Virus record (IMG/VR): IMGVR_UViG_3300028840_002576
Span: 1 to 53,304 of that record
DNA length: 53,304 nt
Direction: 5' to 3' (one strand)
From: a virus
Lineage: Duplodnaviria; Caudoviricetes
Shown: positions 25,110 through 34,596 of the stretch, piece by piece
Numbering within the stretch: the stretch's first letter is position 1
How the letters are laid out: every line of letters begins with the position of its first letter
Notes under the pieces: model-generated
What the model was told of the DNA's origin: nothing
Databases searched by the model: none
The model's input: only the letters and a program-made list of their open reading frames with translations
Made by a program: the position numbers and the translations under genes

Positions 25110-25427
25110 TTGAATTACGATTTACCATTAGACAATGATGTAGCAAAGGCCGTTTATGCCCTCGGTAGATTCGACGCTGAATACGCCGGCGATTATCGGG
25201 CATTTAATAAGTTGCTGAATTACCTCAACAAAAAGGTTCAGTCAGGTGCGCTAAATGTTTGCACCGAGCAGCATAGGGACCAGAGGGATGACAGCAAGGC
25301 CTTCGACCGGGGATACGTTAAAGGCGTTCATACAGTTGTAAAATTCCTTCTCGAGTCATACAGTCATGGCGAGGAATTATTGTACACGAACGAGCCAAAA
25401 AACCCAGTCACAAAAAGGATAGTATAA
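25110..25427 (+). CDS. Hypothetical protein
   Basis: TTG start with RBS GGGAGG. Confidence 0.65.
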   Translation: MNYDLPLDNDVAKAVYALGRFDAEYAGDYRAFNKLLNYLNKKVQSGALNVCTEQHRDQRDDSKAFDRGYVKGVHTVVKFLLESYSHGEELLYTNEPKNPVTKRIV

Positions 25428-25921
25428 TGGCAAAACTGTATCATATCTTTTTCATAGCACAAAAGCAGCAGTTCAATGTCGCAGGAACCGACTATTATGC
25501 ATGGGTAATCAACTCCGAAGGGGTTGATTACTATTTCATGGAGCCCGGAGATGATAGGCCGGATGGGTATCCCGTTAGGAATATAGTAAAGGTTATGGCA
25601 TCCTCAGGATCAAATGACATGCTATATTACGTTACAAATAACAGTCAGGTCGCATTAGCATGCACAAACGCAAGTGAATTTGCGGGTGGAAGCGACACGA
25701 CAACCGCTTCCGCCTGGATATCATTTTTATCGCTAAGCTTTCTCGGCGAGGCCGCGCATTCCCAGTTCGCAAACGGAGCAGCAGCTAAATTGGTTATTCC
25801 ATGTAGGTGGAAAGACGGAGGTAACTGGGTAAATGGTACCCTCGGAGATTGGATATTAGCAGGAAGTCCAATGTCCGGATTTCATGCCGACGTGTCCGTA
25901 TCGATCTTTGGAGCAAAATAA
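25427..25921 (+). CDS. Hypothetical protein, possibly associated with the spike
   Basis: Coupled on both sides. Confidence 0.7.
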   Translation: MAKLYHIFFIAQKQQFNVAGTDYYAWVINSEGVDYYFMEPGDDRPDGYPVRNIVKVMASSGSNDMLYYVTNNSQVALACTNASEFAGGSDTTTASAWISFLSLSFLGEAAHSQFANGAAAKLVIPCRWKDGGNWVNGTLGDWILAGSPMSGFHADVSVSIFGAK

Positions 25922-28123
25922 ATGCAAAAAATAGTAGATATTAATACCAAAGAGGCAACATCAGATAAAATTGGCGGACTTACATCGCCATCATTATTAA
26001 GATCATCAAGCGCAACCTATCTCGACAAATACGGTGTATTGCGGACGTCTCACGGTACCAGGGATCAAATAATAAATACGTCTGCACAGAACGACTTAGG
26101 TAATGCGAATTGGGATTTGAATGTAAGGGCGGCAAACTCTGATGGCAATGAACTTATAGCTAATACAGAAAATAACTATCACGGTGTTGGCCTAAACAAT
26201 TTAACTTCAGCTTATTGTTCTTACATATTTAGCGGTGAGTTTAAACAAGGCGCTGTCCCTTTCGTATTTTTAAGGTTATTATCCGTAGGTGATGCTTATT
26301 TCAATCTTTCTAATGGAACAATTGGAACCGTTGATAACGCCACCACTTACGGACCTATCGATCAAGGTGATGGTTGGTATCGTTGTGCTATTATAGTGAC
26401 TGCCACCGCAGACAATCAGGACTTTTATATTTACGCGGCAGATACTGGAGAAGATAGAACATATGAGGGCGATAATTCGACCCCTTCCATATACGCCCGA
26501 AATATGATGATCGAAGAGATCCCATCTGAAAACACTTACGGACCAGAGCTTATAACAAATGGCGACTTTACAGCTTGGACCGGTGATGACCCGGATGACT
26601 GGATAGTGGATGCCGAGGACGGAAGCAACTATATAACTGAACACGTTGACGGTGCCAGATTGGTAAGTGATGCTTCTGCTGCACTTTATATGCGACAAAC
26701 TGCCACGACCACGGCCGGGAAATGGTATGAAGTATCTATAACTGTTTCTAACTATGTCGAGGGAGATGTCAGGTTTGGATGGGATGACGAGAGTAATGCA
26801 AATCTTGGAGTTACCGGAAACGGAACCTACAAGATGTTGAGGCTGGCCACAGATACCGGATCAACCGTAAGACTTTTTCGAGACAATAGCGGTGCAACAG
26901 ATCTTGTCTATTCTGAGGTATCCGTTAAAGAAATTCCAGACTATGCAGTATCCGCACCCAGCGACTACGTCAATTCAGACACGATACCAGCAGAAACACG
27001 AATAACGGAAGACGGTTTGCTAATTGAGGGTCAAGGGATCAATTTAATTGATTATAGCAATGATTTTTCAAATTGGTCTAAAGGTGCAAATGTTACTGTT
27101 ACCTCAGATGCCGCTATTGGCCCAGACGGAACAGTATCAGCGTCAAAGTATAATATATCAGCAGCGTCTGGTAGATCAGTAGAGGCATTCATTGGTGGAA
27201 ATGCCGCGAGTAGAACAATGACGTTTAGTTTATGGGTGTACTCTGAAGCGGCAACCACTCTTACCGTTCGTTTTAGACGAGACGATGGTATATCGGACGG
27301 AGCGTTCACCTCGCAACCTGTAGGAGGTACAGGAAAGTGGACAAGGTACTCTTGGACTCATACCTATAGTGCGAATTCAACTTATCAATACTCTCCATAC
27401 TTCTTTGATGACTCCGGGAATACCGGGGATATGTTTTACTTTTATGGTGCACAATTAGAAGAAACACCATATGCAACCAGTTATATACCGACCAACGGCG
27501 CGCCTACAGTTCGTTTGACTGAGGCCTCCGACGATGCAGATCTAAACGGGTATACCTGGACTACAGGATCTGGGGTAAGTGCGGCTCTTGCGGATGCCGG
27601 GACAGCTATAATTGAGTGGAAGGCATTGCAGGATTATGATGCAGTAGATACGACATTCAGGGGAATACTGAAGTTTGACGACGACACAAGCATTACAAGG
27701 TTTATTTATTTCGATTCGACCGAGGGAAAGATAAAGGCCTATGACGGGACTAATAATCCAGAGCAGAATAACATCGACTGGTCTGAAGGCGATAATGTAA
27801 TTTCGGTTGTAAGGTGGGACGAAAACCTCGATCCGCCTAACGGTATATTTGGCATGAGAAATAAATTAAACTCTGATTGGGATGCAGGCGACACGCCAGT
27901 AGATACAGCCTTTGACGGTGGATTTACTGACGATGGTGTGACAAGGGTTGCGTTCAATAATGAATTACCAATTGTAATAAGTCGGATTGTCATATACAAT
28001 GACTATCTTACCGACGAGGATATCGAGAGCGAAATTTGGACACTGGCGGGAGGCCATGGGTGGGGTAAAAGGCGATTCGGTCAAAGACGATGGAAAAAAA
28101 TATTGTCACCATGGCATTATTAG
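25922..28123 (+). CDS. Head/tail spike-like protein with carbohydrate-binding (jelly-roll/LamG-like) domains
   Basis: R.S.ATY.D..GVL, GDGWYRC, ELITNGDF, GLLIEGQ..NLI.YSNDF and GAQLE....ATSYIPT.G....R motifs. Confidence 0.8.
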   Translation: MQKIVDINTKEATSDKIGGLTSPSLLRSSSATYLDKYGVLRTSHGTRDQIINTSAQNDLGNANWDLNVRAANSDGNELIANTENNYHGVGLNNLTSAYCSYIFSGEFKQGAVPFVFLRLLSVGDAYFNLSNGTIGTVDNATTYGPIDQGDGWYRCAIIVTATADNQDFYIYAADTGEDRTYEGDNSTPSIYARNMMIEEIPSENTYGPELITNGDFTAWTGDDPDDWIVDAEDGSNYITEHVDGARLVSDASAALYMRQTATTTAGKWYEVSITVSNYVEGDVRFGWDDESNANLGVTGNGTYKMLRLATDTGSTVRLFRDNSGATDLVYSEVSVKEIPDYAVSAPSDYVNSDTIPAETRITEDGLLIEGQGINLIDYSNDFSNWSKGANVTVTSDAAIGPDGTVSASKYNISAASGRSVEAFIGGNAASRTMTFSLWVYSEAATTLTVRFRRDDGISDGAFTSQPVGGTGKWTRYSWTHTYSANSTYQYSPYFFDDSGNTGDMFYFYGAQLEETPYATSYIPTNGAPTVRLTEASDDADLNGYTWTTGSGVSAALADAGTAIIEWKALQDYDAVDTTFRGILKFDDDTSITRFIYFDSTEGKIKAYDGTNNPEQNNIDWSEGDNVISVVRWDENLDPPNGIFGMRNKLNSDWDAGDTPVDTAFDGGFTDDGVTRVAFNNELPIVISRIVIYNDYLTDEDIESEIWTLAGGHGWGKRRFGQRRWKKILSPWHY

Positions 28124-28192
28124 AAGTACGAGGCATTTAACCTCAATCATACAAGACCGCCATCCCGAGCGGTATAGAAAAGGAGATTTATC

Positions 28193-28588
28193 ATGGGTTG
28201 GAGAGAAGACGTAAAAATAGGAGTCGGTCGCATTAGCGAACTGTACCTCGGAACAGGCAATGGCGATATGGGAACGAAAGTTACCACCACGCCTGCGAAC
28301 CTGAACCTTGTTACTACAGGCGTTGCCGCTGGTTACAAAGTAGCCAGAGGTACCGTGAGCGCGACAGCTTCAAAAGCAGTTGCAACCGGTCTAACCACCA
28401 TTCTCGGTTTTGCCCTGTCAGTCAATGGAGCCACCGCGACGCTGGTAAACGCAGCGCCTCAGTTGTCAGGAGCCATATCTGGCGGAACCTTGACCGTTTA
28501 CCGTTGGAAGCATACCGGTCCTTCGACAGCCACGCTGATTGCTGCCACCACTGGCGGATCAGTTGCGTGGGTAGCCGTAGGAACCTAA
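28193..28588 (+). CDS. Small A/G/T-rich virion structural protein
   Basis: Beta-rich composition, ends WVAVGT; strong RBS. Confidence 0.65.
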   Translation: MGWREDVKIGVGRISELYLGTGNGDMGTKVTTTPANLNLVTTGVAAGYKVARGTVSATASKAVATGLTTILGFALSVNGATATLVNAAPQLSGAISGGTLTVYRWKHTGPSTATLIAATTGGSVAWVAVGT

Positions 28589-28655
28589 TCAACTAATATG
28601 GGGACAATGGATAATCCGGCGTCCCCATAAATTTAACCTGGGGAGGAACAATACA

Positions 28656-29699
28656 ATGAAAAAGCTTAATATCTGCATGGTCTCATTTCATGGGTGTATA
28701 CGTGTTTTTAAAGAGACCCATATCCTGCAACAGGCCGGTCACACGGTCCACCACCTCGCAATGTCAGAAACTTTCGGATGGAATAAATACGAAACGCATA
28801 CCCTTTACGCGGACGAAGCCAGCGGCATCAGGGCGGTACAGATGCTCGACAATGCCGGCATCGATATATTCCACGTACACAATGAGCCTGACTGGATTGT
28901 ATCAATGGTCCGGAAGGGAACCGACAAGCCTATCGTCTATGACATCCACGACCTCGAACACCTTCGACACTCAGGAGGCCCTGACGAGCACGAATTAAAC
29001 GCTGTCCGCGATTGTGACGCTGTCATCCATACGTCAAGATATACTCAGGCCCAGTACGATAAGACCCATGGCCCGAAAAAAATCGACGGCATAGTATTGC
29101 CTAAGGTCCCCCGGGACTTTCTGGTACCAGAAAAGATGGCAAAGGCCTATGCACCGCATACCCTTGTTTATCAGGGAGGCCTCGCAGAGCAGGAGCAAAG
29201 ACACTACGGATCTGATGGTATTATGTACGAGAACTATCGATACTATGTTCAGATGGTATCCGGGATGGCCCTATGTGGATTCCAGTCCTTTTTATTTTCA
29301 GCCAGCACGCTGGTCGGCGGAGTCTATGAGGGAGCAGGCGCCATTGTCTTTCCGGCACAACCATGGATCACCTTATTAAAGGCGATCAGTCCCTATCAAA
29401 TAGGATTCGTCGGAGCAACAACGCATTGTGATCTGATGCAGTATTCAAGCCCAAACAAGCTATTTGAATACATAGCGGCCGGAGTTGTACCGGTTGTAAT
29501 GTATGCAAAGCACGCCGCAGAGATCACCGAGAACCTCGGTTGCGGAATTGTCCTGGACGTTGCGAACCCGATACAGGGACAGCTTGACCAGGACGAGATC
29601 ATAGAAAAACACAACCGCTTATTAGAGATCCGCGAATCGATTGTCATGGAGGATGAGCTTCCTGTCATCGAAGAGATCTATCAGCAATTATTATCCTAA
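28656..29699 (+). CDS. GT-B fold glycosyltransferase (GT4-like)
   Basis: GHTVH, DIFHVHNEPD, PIVYDIHD, LVYQGGL and SPNKLFEYIAAGVVPV motifs. Confidence 0.88.
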   Translation: MKKLNICMVSFHGCIRVFKETHILQQAGHTVHHLAMSETFGWNKYETHTLYADEASGIRAVQMLDNAGIDIFHVHNEPDWIVSMVRKGTDKPIVYDIHDLEHLRHSGGPDEHELNAVRDCDAVIHTSRYTQAQYDKTHGPKKIDGIVLPKVPRDFLVPEKMAKAYAPHTLVYQGGLAEQEQRHYGSDGIMYENYRYYVQMVSGMALCGFQSFLFSASTLVGGVYEGAGAIVFPAQPWITLLKAISPYQIGFVGATTHCDLMQYSSPNKLFEYIAAGVVPVVMYAKHAAEITENLGCGIVLDVANPIQGQLDQDEIIEKHNRLLEIRESIVMEDELPVIEEIYQQLLS

Positions 29700-29711
29700 G
29701 GGGGGATTATC

Positions 29712-30401
29712 ATGGAGCAGTGGACACATATCGTAGGATTCACCAGGGGCGGAACTTCATGGATCAAAACGATCCTATCTAATCACCCGGAGATTACATC
29801 GGCACCAGGCGAGAACGTGATATTTCGGGATGAGAATAGGTGGCATGGAATAGAGCAAATGTTAATAGATGAATTCGGAAAACAGATGTATAAATTCCGC
29901 TTACACCTCTTAACCAAGGCGCCTCTTGATATGATGCACCTGGATCGATGGCAATTATGCTGCAGCCAGGCCAATATAGTTGTGATGATGAGGGATCCTC
30001 GAGATTGTGTGGCCTCTCATCACTTTGGCGATAGGCCATGGATGAACAAGGGCCAGAACGCAACGCCTCACGGTGTAATGGAGAAACTGAAGAAGTACCT
30101 CCTCCGGGCAGAGCCGTTCTTTACGTGTGACAACTTGACGGTTGTTAAATACGAGGATCTGCATATGGCACCGCTCGCAACTCTCGAGCACCTATTTAAA
30201 AACATGGGCATCGATAGCCGGCCAGAGGTAGTTGAATATTGCCATCAGAAATCTCGGTTTGAAGCCAGGACAGGCCGGAAGCCCGGGACCGAGGATCCTA
30301 TGGCTCATTTACGCAAGGGAATTATGGGGGACTGGAAGAGGATGGACTATGATTTTTCCCCATACAACGAATTTATCCGAGACTGCGGGTATGAAATATG
30401 A
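29712..30401 (+). CDS. PAPS-dependent sulfotransferase
   Basis: 5'-PSB GFTRGGTSW, L.NHPEI, 3'-PB RDPRDCVAS, VKYEDL and RKGIMGDWK motifs. Confidence 0.92.
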   Translation: MEQWTHIVGFTRGGTSWIKTILSNHPEITSAPGENVIFRDENRWHGIEQMLIDEFGKQMYKFRLHLLTKAPLDMMHLDRWQLCCSQANIVVMMRDPRDCVASHHFGDRPWMNKGQNATPHGVMEKLKKYLLRAEPFFTCDNLTVVKYEDLHMAPLATLEHLFKNMGIDSRPEVVEYCHQKSRFEARTGRKPGTEDPMAHLRKGIMGDWKRMDYDFSPYNEFIRDCGYEI

Positions 30402-30549
30402 AGTATTCAAGCTACTTATGCGCAATTGCAAGCATTGTCAATGCTATGCGCAGGACTTAAAATACTGTTATTGTTTACAAAAATTTATATTCCAAATGGG
30501 AGGAGAGGAAAAATGCAAGAAAATCAGCAAGATACTAAAAGAATCATAA
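30391..30549 (+). CDS. Small Cys-rich protein
   Basis: CKHCQC...CYC; overlaps the sulfotransferase stop. Confidence 0.45.
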   Translation: MKYEVFKLLMRNCKHCQCYAQDLKYCYCLQKFIFQMGGEEKCKKISKILKES

Positions 30550-30755
30550 CACCGGAACAGATCAAACAGGGCGAATGTATGGACAAGATCAATACGATCC
30601 TGCATCAATATAACATGGCTCTTGTTCCCATCTTCAAATTCGACGGCGTCCGCCTGGATGCCAGGGTTGCCATTACAGAAAGGCCGAAGCTTGGACCGGA
30701 CGGAATGCCCTTGCCGCCTGCACCGACACCTTGCATGAAGGGAGGCGCCAAATAA
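30513..30755 (+). CDS. Hypothetical protein
   Basis: RBS GGAGGAG. Confidence 0.65.
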   Translation: MQENQQDTKRIITPEQIKQGECMDKINTILHQYNMALVPIFKFDGVRLDARVAITERPKLGPDGMPLPPAPTPCMKGGAK

Positions 30756-31153
30756 TGCCGGAATATCTCGAGGATATTAAAAAGGACTTCGAGGATAATT
30801 ATGAAGAGGTCCGGAAGCAATGCAAACCGATCACCTTTGATTCTGTTTTGTGGGCCAGGGAGTATAGAATGCACTCTATGAACAAGGGCCTGGATAAGCT
30901 GGGATTCAATCCAATGAATATCATGAACAATGCGACGACTCAGGAAATCGCAGAGGAGATGATCAACCAGGCATTAATCAAGAACGGTATCCATATCGAA
31001 GACTGGTCAGACAAGGAATGTGAGGAAGAGAAGAGAGGCCTCTACATCTTTAAGAATGGAGAGCTTGTATACTTTATCTCACATATCGAACAGAGTAACA
31101 ATATGATCGGAAAGAAAACTTTTACGGTCAGAACAAATATTGTTGTCAATTAA
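30755..31153 (+). CDS. Hypothetical protein
   Basis: TAATG coupling; RBS GGAGG. Confidence 0.7.
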   Translation: MPEYLEDIKKDFEDNYEEVRKQCKPITFDSVLWAREYRMHSMNKGLDKLGFNPMNIMNNATTQEIAEEMINQALIKNGIHIEDWSDKECEEEKRGLYIFKNGELVYFISHIEQSNNMIGKKTFTVRTNIVVN

Positions 31154-31210
31154 ATTCAGCTACTTATGAATTTTTTATGGGGTGGAGCATTAAGAAACCG
31201 TATTTTATAG

Positions 31211-31234
31211 TTGACATATTGTATAACTATAAAA
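31211..31234 (+). promoter_or_regulatory. Class B motif upstream of scaffold/capsid
   Basis: TTGACATATTGTATAACTATAAAA. Confidence 0.55.
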
Positions 31235-31308
31235 GGTATTTGTATTTGGACTCCTGGATTCAGTAATTGAACACCGCGACTATATCGCGACTCATGGAGG
31301 GAGCAATC

Positions 31309-32298
31309 ATGCCGAAACAAGAAGACCTGTCAAACGTACCAGCATCAGTCTTGAAGCAGCAACGAGACGCAGAACGAAAGATAGAGGCTCTTACATCCGA
31401 ACCGACTCCGGACCCAGTCCAGAACACCGAACCGAATCAGAGCCCGGAACCAACGACCGAACAAGAACCGGTTAAGACCGAGAATCAAGAGCCGGTCAAG
31501 CAAGTTGTCGAGCCTGCCATCGTGGATGATCAAACATCCGGGCAGTGGGAACACAAGTACAAAGTTCTCCAGGGCAAATACGACAAGGAAGTCGGGGATC
31601 TTCGTGGCGAAGTTGCAAGCCTAAAGTCAATGATGGAGCGCCAGACAAAAATCATCGATGGTCTCGAATCATCGAATAACAATGCGCCGGAGAAATCAAT
31701 TGATCTTGAAGACCTGGATCTCGAAGCCTACGAAGGATGGGGCGATGAGATGAAACCTTTAGTAACACAGGTCAACACGCTAAAAGCAATTATCAAGGAC
31801 CAGGCCGCCGTTATCGATGGATTGAGATCAAATCCTCAGGCTGACGACAGCATCACAGAGAGAATCAATTCACTCGAGTCAGAATCAAGAGAGGCCCGGG
31901 TATCCAAATACCTCGAGACCCTTGATAACACAATCAACGGAAACTGGCGACAGTTAAATGTCGATGCCGGTTTTAACGCATGGCTGAACGAATCAGATCC
32001 AATGTCCATGATGGTCAGAAGGAATCTGTTAGAGGCAGCCGCCGAGAATCTCCGGGGCGCCCAGGTAGCGAGCATCTTTAATCAGTATATCGGCTCGCAG
32101 GGGAAATCACAGAGCAAGGTATCAGTGGCAAGCGAATTGCCAGACGGAAGCGGCTCAGGCGACGATACACCGGCGCCGAAAGCTTCAGTCACAGAAGCAG
32201 ACGTAAAGAAAGCCCAGCAGGACTTTATTCGTGGTCGGATCACCGAGGACGAATATGACAAGGTCTATGCTAAGTTCCAAAGAACACTTAGGAGGTAA
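31309..32298 (+). CDS. Capsid scaffolding protein
   Basis: P/E/Q-rich N-terminus, WEHKYKVLQGKY coiled coil, W..LN.D..F..WL...DP; directly upstream of the MCP. Confidence 0.8.
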   Translation: MPKQEDLSNVPASVLKQQRDAERKIEALTSEPTPDPVQNTEPNQSPEPTTEQEPVKTENQEPVKQVVEPAIVDDQTSGQWEHKYKVLQGKYDKEVGDLRGEVASLKSMMERQTKIIDGLESSNNNAPEKSIDLEDLDLEAYEGWGDEMKPLVTQVNTLKAIIKDQAAVIDGLRSNPQADDSITERINSLESESREARVSKYLETLDNTINGNWRQLNVDAGFNAWLNESDPMSMMVRRNLLEAAAENLRGAQVASIFNQYIGSQGKSQSKVSVASELPDGSGSGDDTPAPKASVTEADVKKAQQDFIRGRITEDEYDKVYAKFQRTLRR

Positions 32299-32310
32299 AT
32301 ATCCTAAACG

Positions 32311-32360
32311 GATAATAGCCTCCTGAAAAGAATAACAAATTTAATTAGGAGGCTATTATC
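32311..32360 (+). promoter_or_regulatory. Hairpin sequestering the MCP Shine-Dalgarno
   Basis: Perfect 14-bp inverted repeat GATAATAGCCTCCT / AGGAGGCTATTATC. Confidence 0.75.
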
Positions 32361-33281
32361 ATGGCTATTTCAGTTGCACCAGGAACACCCCAATATAGTG
32401 GGAATTTCATCCCGGAAATATGGTCCGGCAAACTGCTTGTAAAGTTTTATGCCGCCACCGTTTCCGCCGCCATTTGTAACACCGATTATGAAGGCGAAAT
32501 CAAAGACGTAGGTGACAAAGTTCAGGTCCGCACCGTTCCTGATATCGTTATCCGCGATTACGTCAAAAATCAATCCCTGCAGATCCAACGACCCGACTCT
32601 CCCAAGAAAGAGATGCCGATCGACAAAGCCAAATATTTCAACTTTATTTGTGACGACATCGACAAGCATCAGACCGACGTGTCCTTGATGGACTCTTGGA
32701 GCCGCGACGCTTCACAGCAGATGAAAGTCACGGTCGACGAGGAATTCCTTGGCGATGTTTACTCCGATGCCCACGCCTCGAATAAAGGCATCACCGCTGG
32801 CGTCAAGTCCGGCGACATCGATCTCGGAACTACCGGAGATCCTGCAATCATAACGAAAGCCAGTGTCCTCGACTTCTTGGTCGACGTTGGAACCGTTATG
32901 GACGAACAGAACTTACCCGAGGAATCTCGGTATGCCGTAATTCCGCCTTGGATGGCCGGCATGATAAAGAAATCCGATCTCAAAGACGCTTCACTCGCCG
33001 GCGACGGCACAAGCATAATGAGAAACGGACGGATAGGCATGATCGACCGCCTGGTCATCTACGTATCCAACCTGTTAACCTCCGCCACCGACGGCGCCTA
33101 TACCGCTTACCATGCAATCGCTGGTCACAAAGCCGGTATCTCTTGGGCTGCCCAGATGACGAAGATGGAAAGTCTTCGAGCGGAGTCCACCTTTGGCACC
33201 TTGGTTCGTGGCCTGAACGTGTACGGATACAAAGTACTGAAGACCGAAGCCCTCTGCGACCTTTATATCGCGAGAGGATAA
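32361..33281 (+). CDS. Major capsid protein
   Basis: FIPEIWSGKLL, NTDYEGEI...GD.V.V, G.IGMIDRL.IY.SN and F...VRGL.VYGYKVL motifs. Confidence 0.93.
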   Translation: MAISVAPGTPQYSGNFIPEIWSGKLLVKFYAATVSAAICNTDYEGEIKDVGDKVQVRTVPDIVIRDYVKNQSLQIQRPDSPKKEMPIDKAKYFNFICDDIDKHQTDVSLMDSWSRDASQQMKVTVDEEFLGDVYSDAHASNKGITAGVKSGDIDLGTTGDPAIITKASVLDFLVDVGTVMDEQNLPEESRYAVIPPWMAGMIKKSDLKDASLAGDGTSIMRNGRIGMIDRLVIYVSNLLTSATDGAYTAYHAIAGHKAGISWAAQMTKMESLRAESTFGTLVRGLNVYGYKVLKTEALCDLYIARG

Positions 33282-33309
33282 TTAGCGTACCCCCGCTCCC
33301 CCCAGGCGT

Positions 33310-33346
33310 TCCGGTGACCGTGACCTCTGAACTCCGGTCACCGGAT
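33310..33346. other. Strong intergenic hairpin after the MCP (stabiliser, processing site or attenuator)
   Basis: TCCGGTGACCG...CGGTCACCGGA, 11-bp stem, no U-tract. Confidence 0.55.
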
Positions 33347-33407
33347 AAACTAAAAGGGGACGGAACAATTTAAAATTAACAAAATCATTTTAAGGAGATT
33401 TTTAATC

Positions 33408-33908
33408 ATGGCTGAATATCAATTTATCGGAGAGAGCAACGCAGTGGCTTACGAAGCCCCCGGCTACGTGGTTATGAAGAAATATGTTGACGTTGCCGCT
33501 CTTATCGCAGCTCCGCAGATGCTCGCTTTAGCCTCTGCGCCGAACACCCCGCTTACGTCTTTCACCGGCTTCGCGGCCGCTGACGTAGTGAATCTATTCC
33601 ATGTACCCGCTGGATTCGTCGCTCGTATGGCCGGCATGTACGTGCAGTCCGCTGACACCAACGCCGCCACCATCGCGCTGGGTATTGGTGGAGCAACCGC
33701 AGCTTTCATGGCCGCCACCGCTATCAACAGTACCGGCGCCACCATCACAGTTGTTGGCGATGCCTATGGTGCCAACTCGCTGATGGCCAAAGAATTTGTG
33801 GCAAATGACACGGTCGACGCCCTGCTCGCATCAGCGACGGCTATCGATGCCAAAATTCACTTTTTCTTGGAAGGCTACAAGGCTTTTGATATCACTTCCG
33901 TAGTGTAA
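33408..33908 (+). CDS. Probable capsid decoration/cement protein
   Basis: Ala-rich beta protein directly after the MCP, with strong RBS. Confidence 0.7.
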   Translation: MAEYQFIGESNAVAYEAPGYVVMKKYVDVAALIAAPQMLALASAPNTPLTSFTGFAAADVVNLFHVPAGFVARMAGMYVQSADTNAATIALGIGGATAAFMAATAINSTGATITVVGDAYGANSLMAKEFVANDTVDALLASATAIDAKIHFFLEGYKAFDITSVV

Positions 33909-33917
33909 CCATAAACC

Positions 33918-33941
33918 TTGACATGTTGTATATTTTAAAAG
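33918..33941 (+). promoter_or_regulatory. Class B motif
   Basis: taaaccTTGACATGTTGTATATTTTAAAAG. Confidence 0.55.
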
Positions 33942-33978
33942 GGACTTACCCGATCTCTATCAGGGAGGTCCCTTTTTT
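33937..33978 (+). terminator. Rho-independent terminator after the capsid genes
   Basis: AAAAGGGAC...GTCCCTTTTTT. Confidence 0.7.
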
Positions 33979-34008
33979 ACTTAACAAAATAAACCTGGGG
34001 AGGATGTT

Positions 34009-34584
34009 ATGAAAGAAGTAGATAAATCAGAAAATCTATGGCTATTACAAACCTATGACAACGGGGACTTTCATATTTATGGATGGACGCCGGCACTCGC
34101 GAAAAAGAACCTGCGGCCAATCACCGATGAACAAGCGAACCATTTGATGCAGCTTATCAGGTCGAAGCGAAACAATGTAAAATATGTCGATGATCCCGGG
34201 GATCTCTTCATGACACAGGAAGAACTCTCGAAGCTTATCAAGGTAAAGCCGAGGGCCGACATGGAGGACGATATCGAGGACGACGACGAAAATACTCGCG
34301 AACTCATTAAGTCAGTGGTTAAAACAGACAAAGTAGATGAGCCAAAGAATCTTGATGAAGTTCGCGACATCAATATCTCGCAGGAGGATATCATGGCCGC
34401 AGAGTTGAAGGCCATACAGGCATTCAAGCACAAATCTTCCCTCGAGAAACATATGCTTGAAAAGTATCAACTCGAAATTCCGCCAGGACGCTTCTCGGTT
34501 ATGAAGGCCCTCGCGAACAAAATGATTACCGATCTCGCTAAAGAGAACCGGTTGTACATGGTTGATGGCCTGATCGAAGCTTAA
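34009..34584 (+). CDS. Hypothetical protein (head module)
   Basis: IYGWTPALAK motif; strong RBS. Confidence 0.75.
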   Translation: MKEVDKSENLWLLQTYDNGDFHIYGWTPALAKKNLRPITDEQANHLMQLIRSKRNNVKYVDDPGDLFMTQEELSKLIKVKPRADMEDDIEDDDENTRELIKSVVKTDKVDEPKNLDEVRDINISQEDIMAAELKAIQAFKHKSSLEKHMLEKYQLEIPPGRFSVMKALANKMITDLAKENRLYMVDGLIEA

Positions 34585-34596
34585 TAGGAGGAACAG

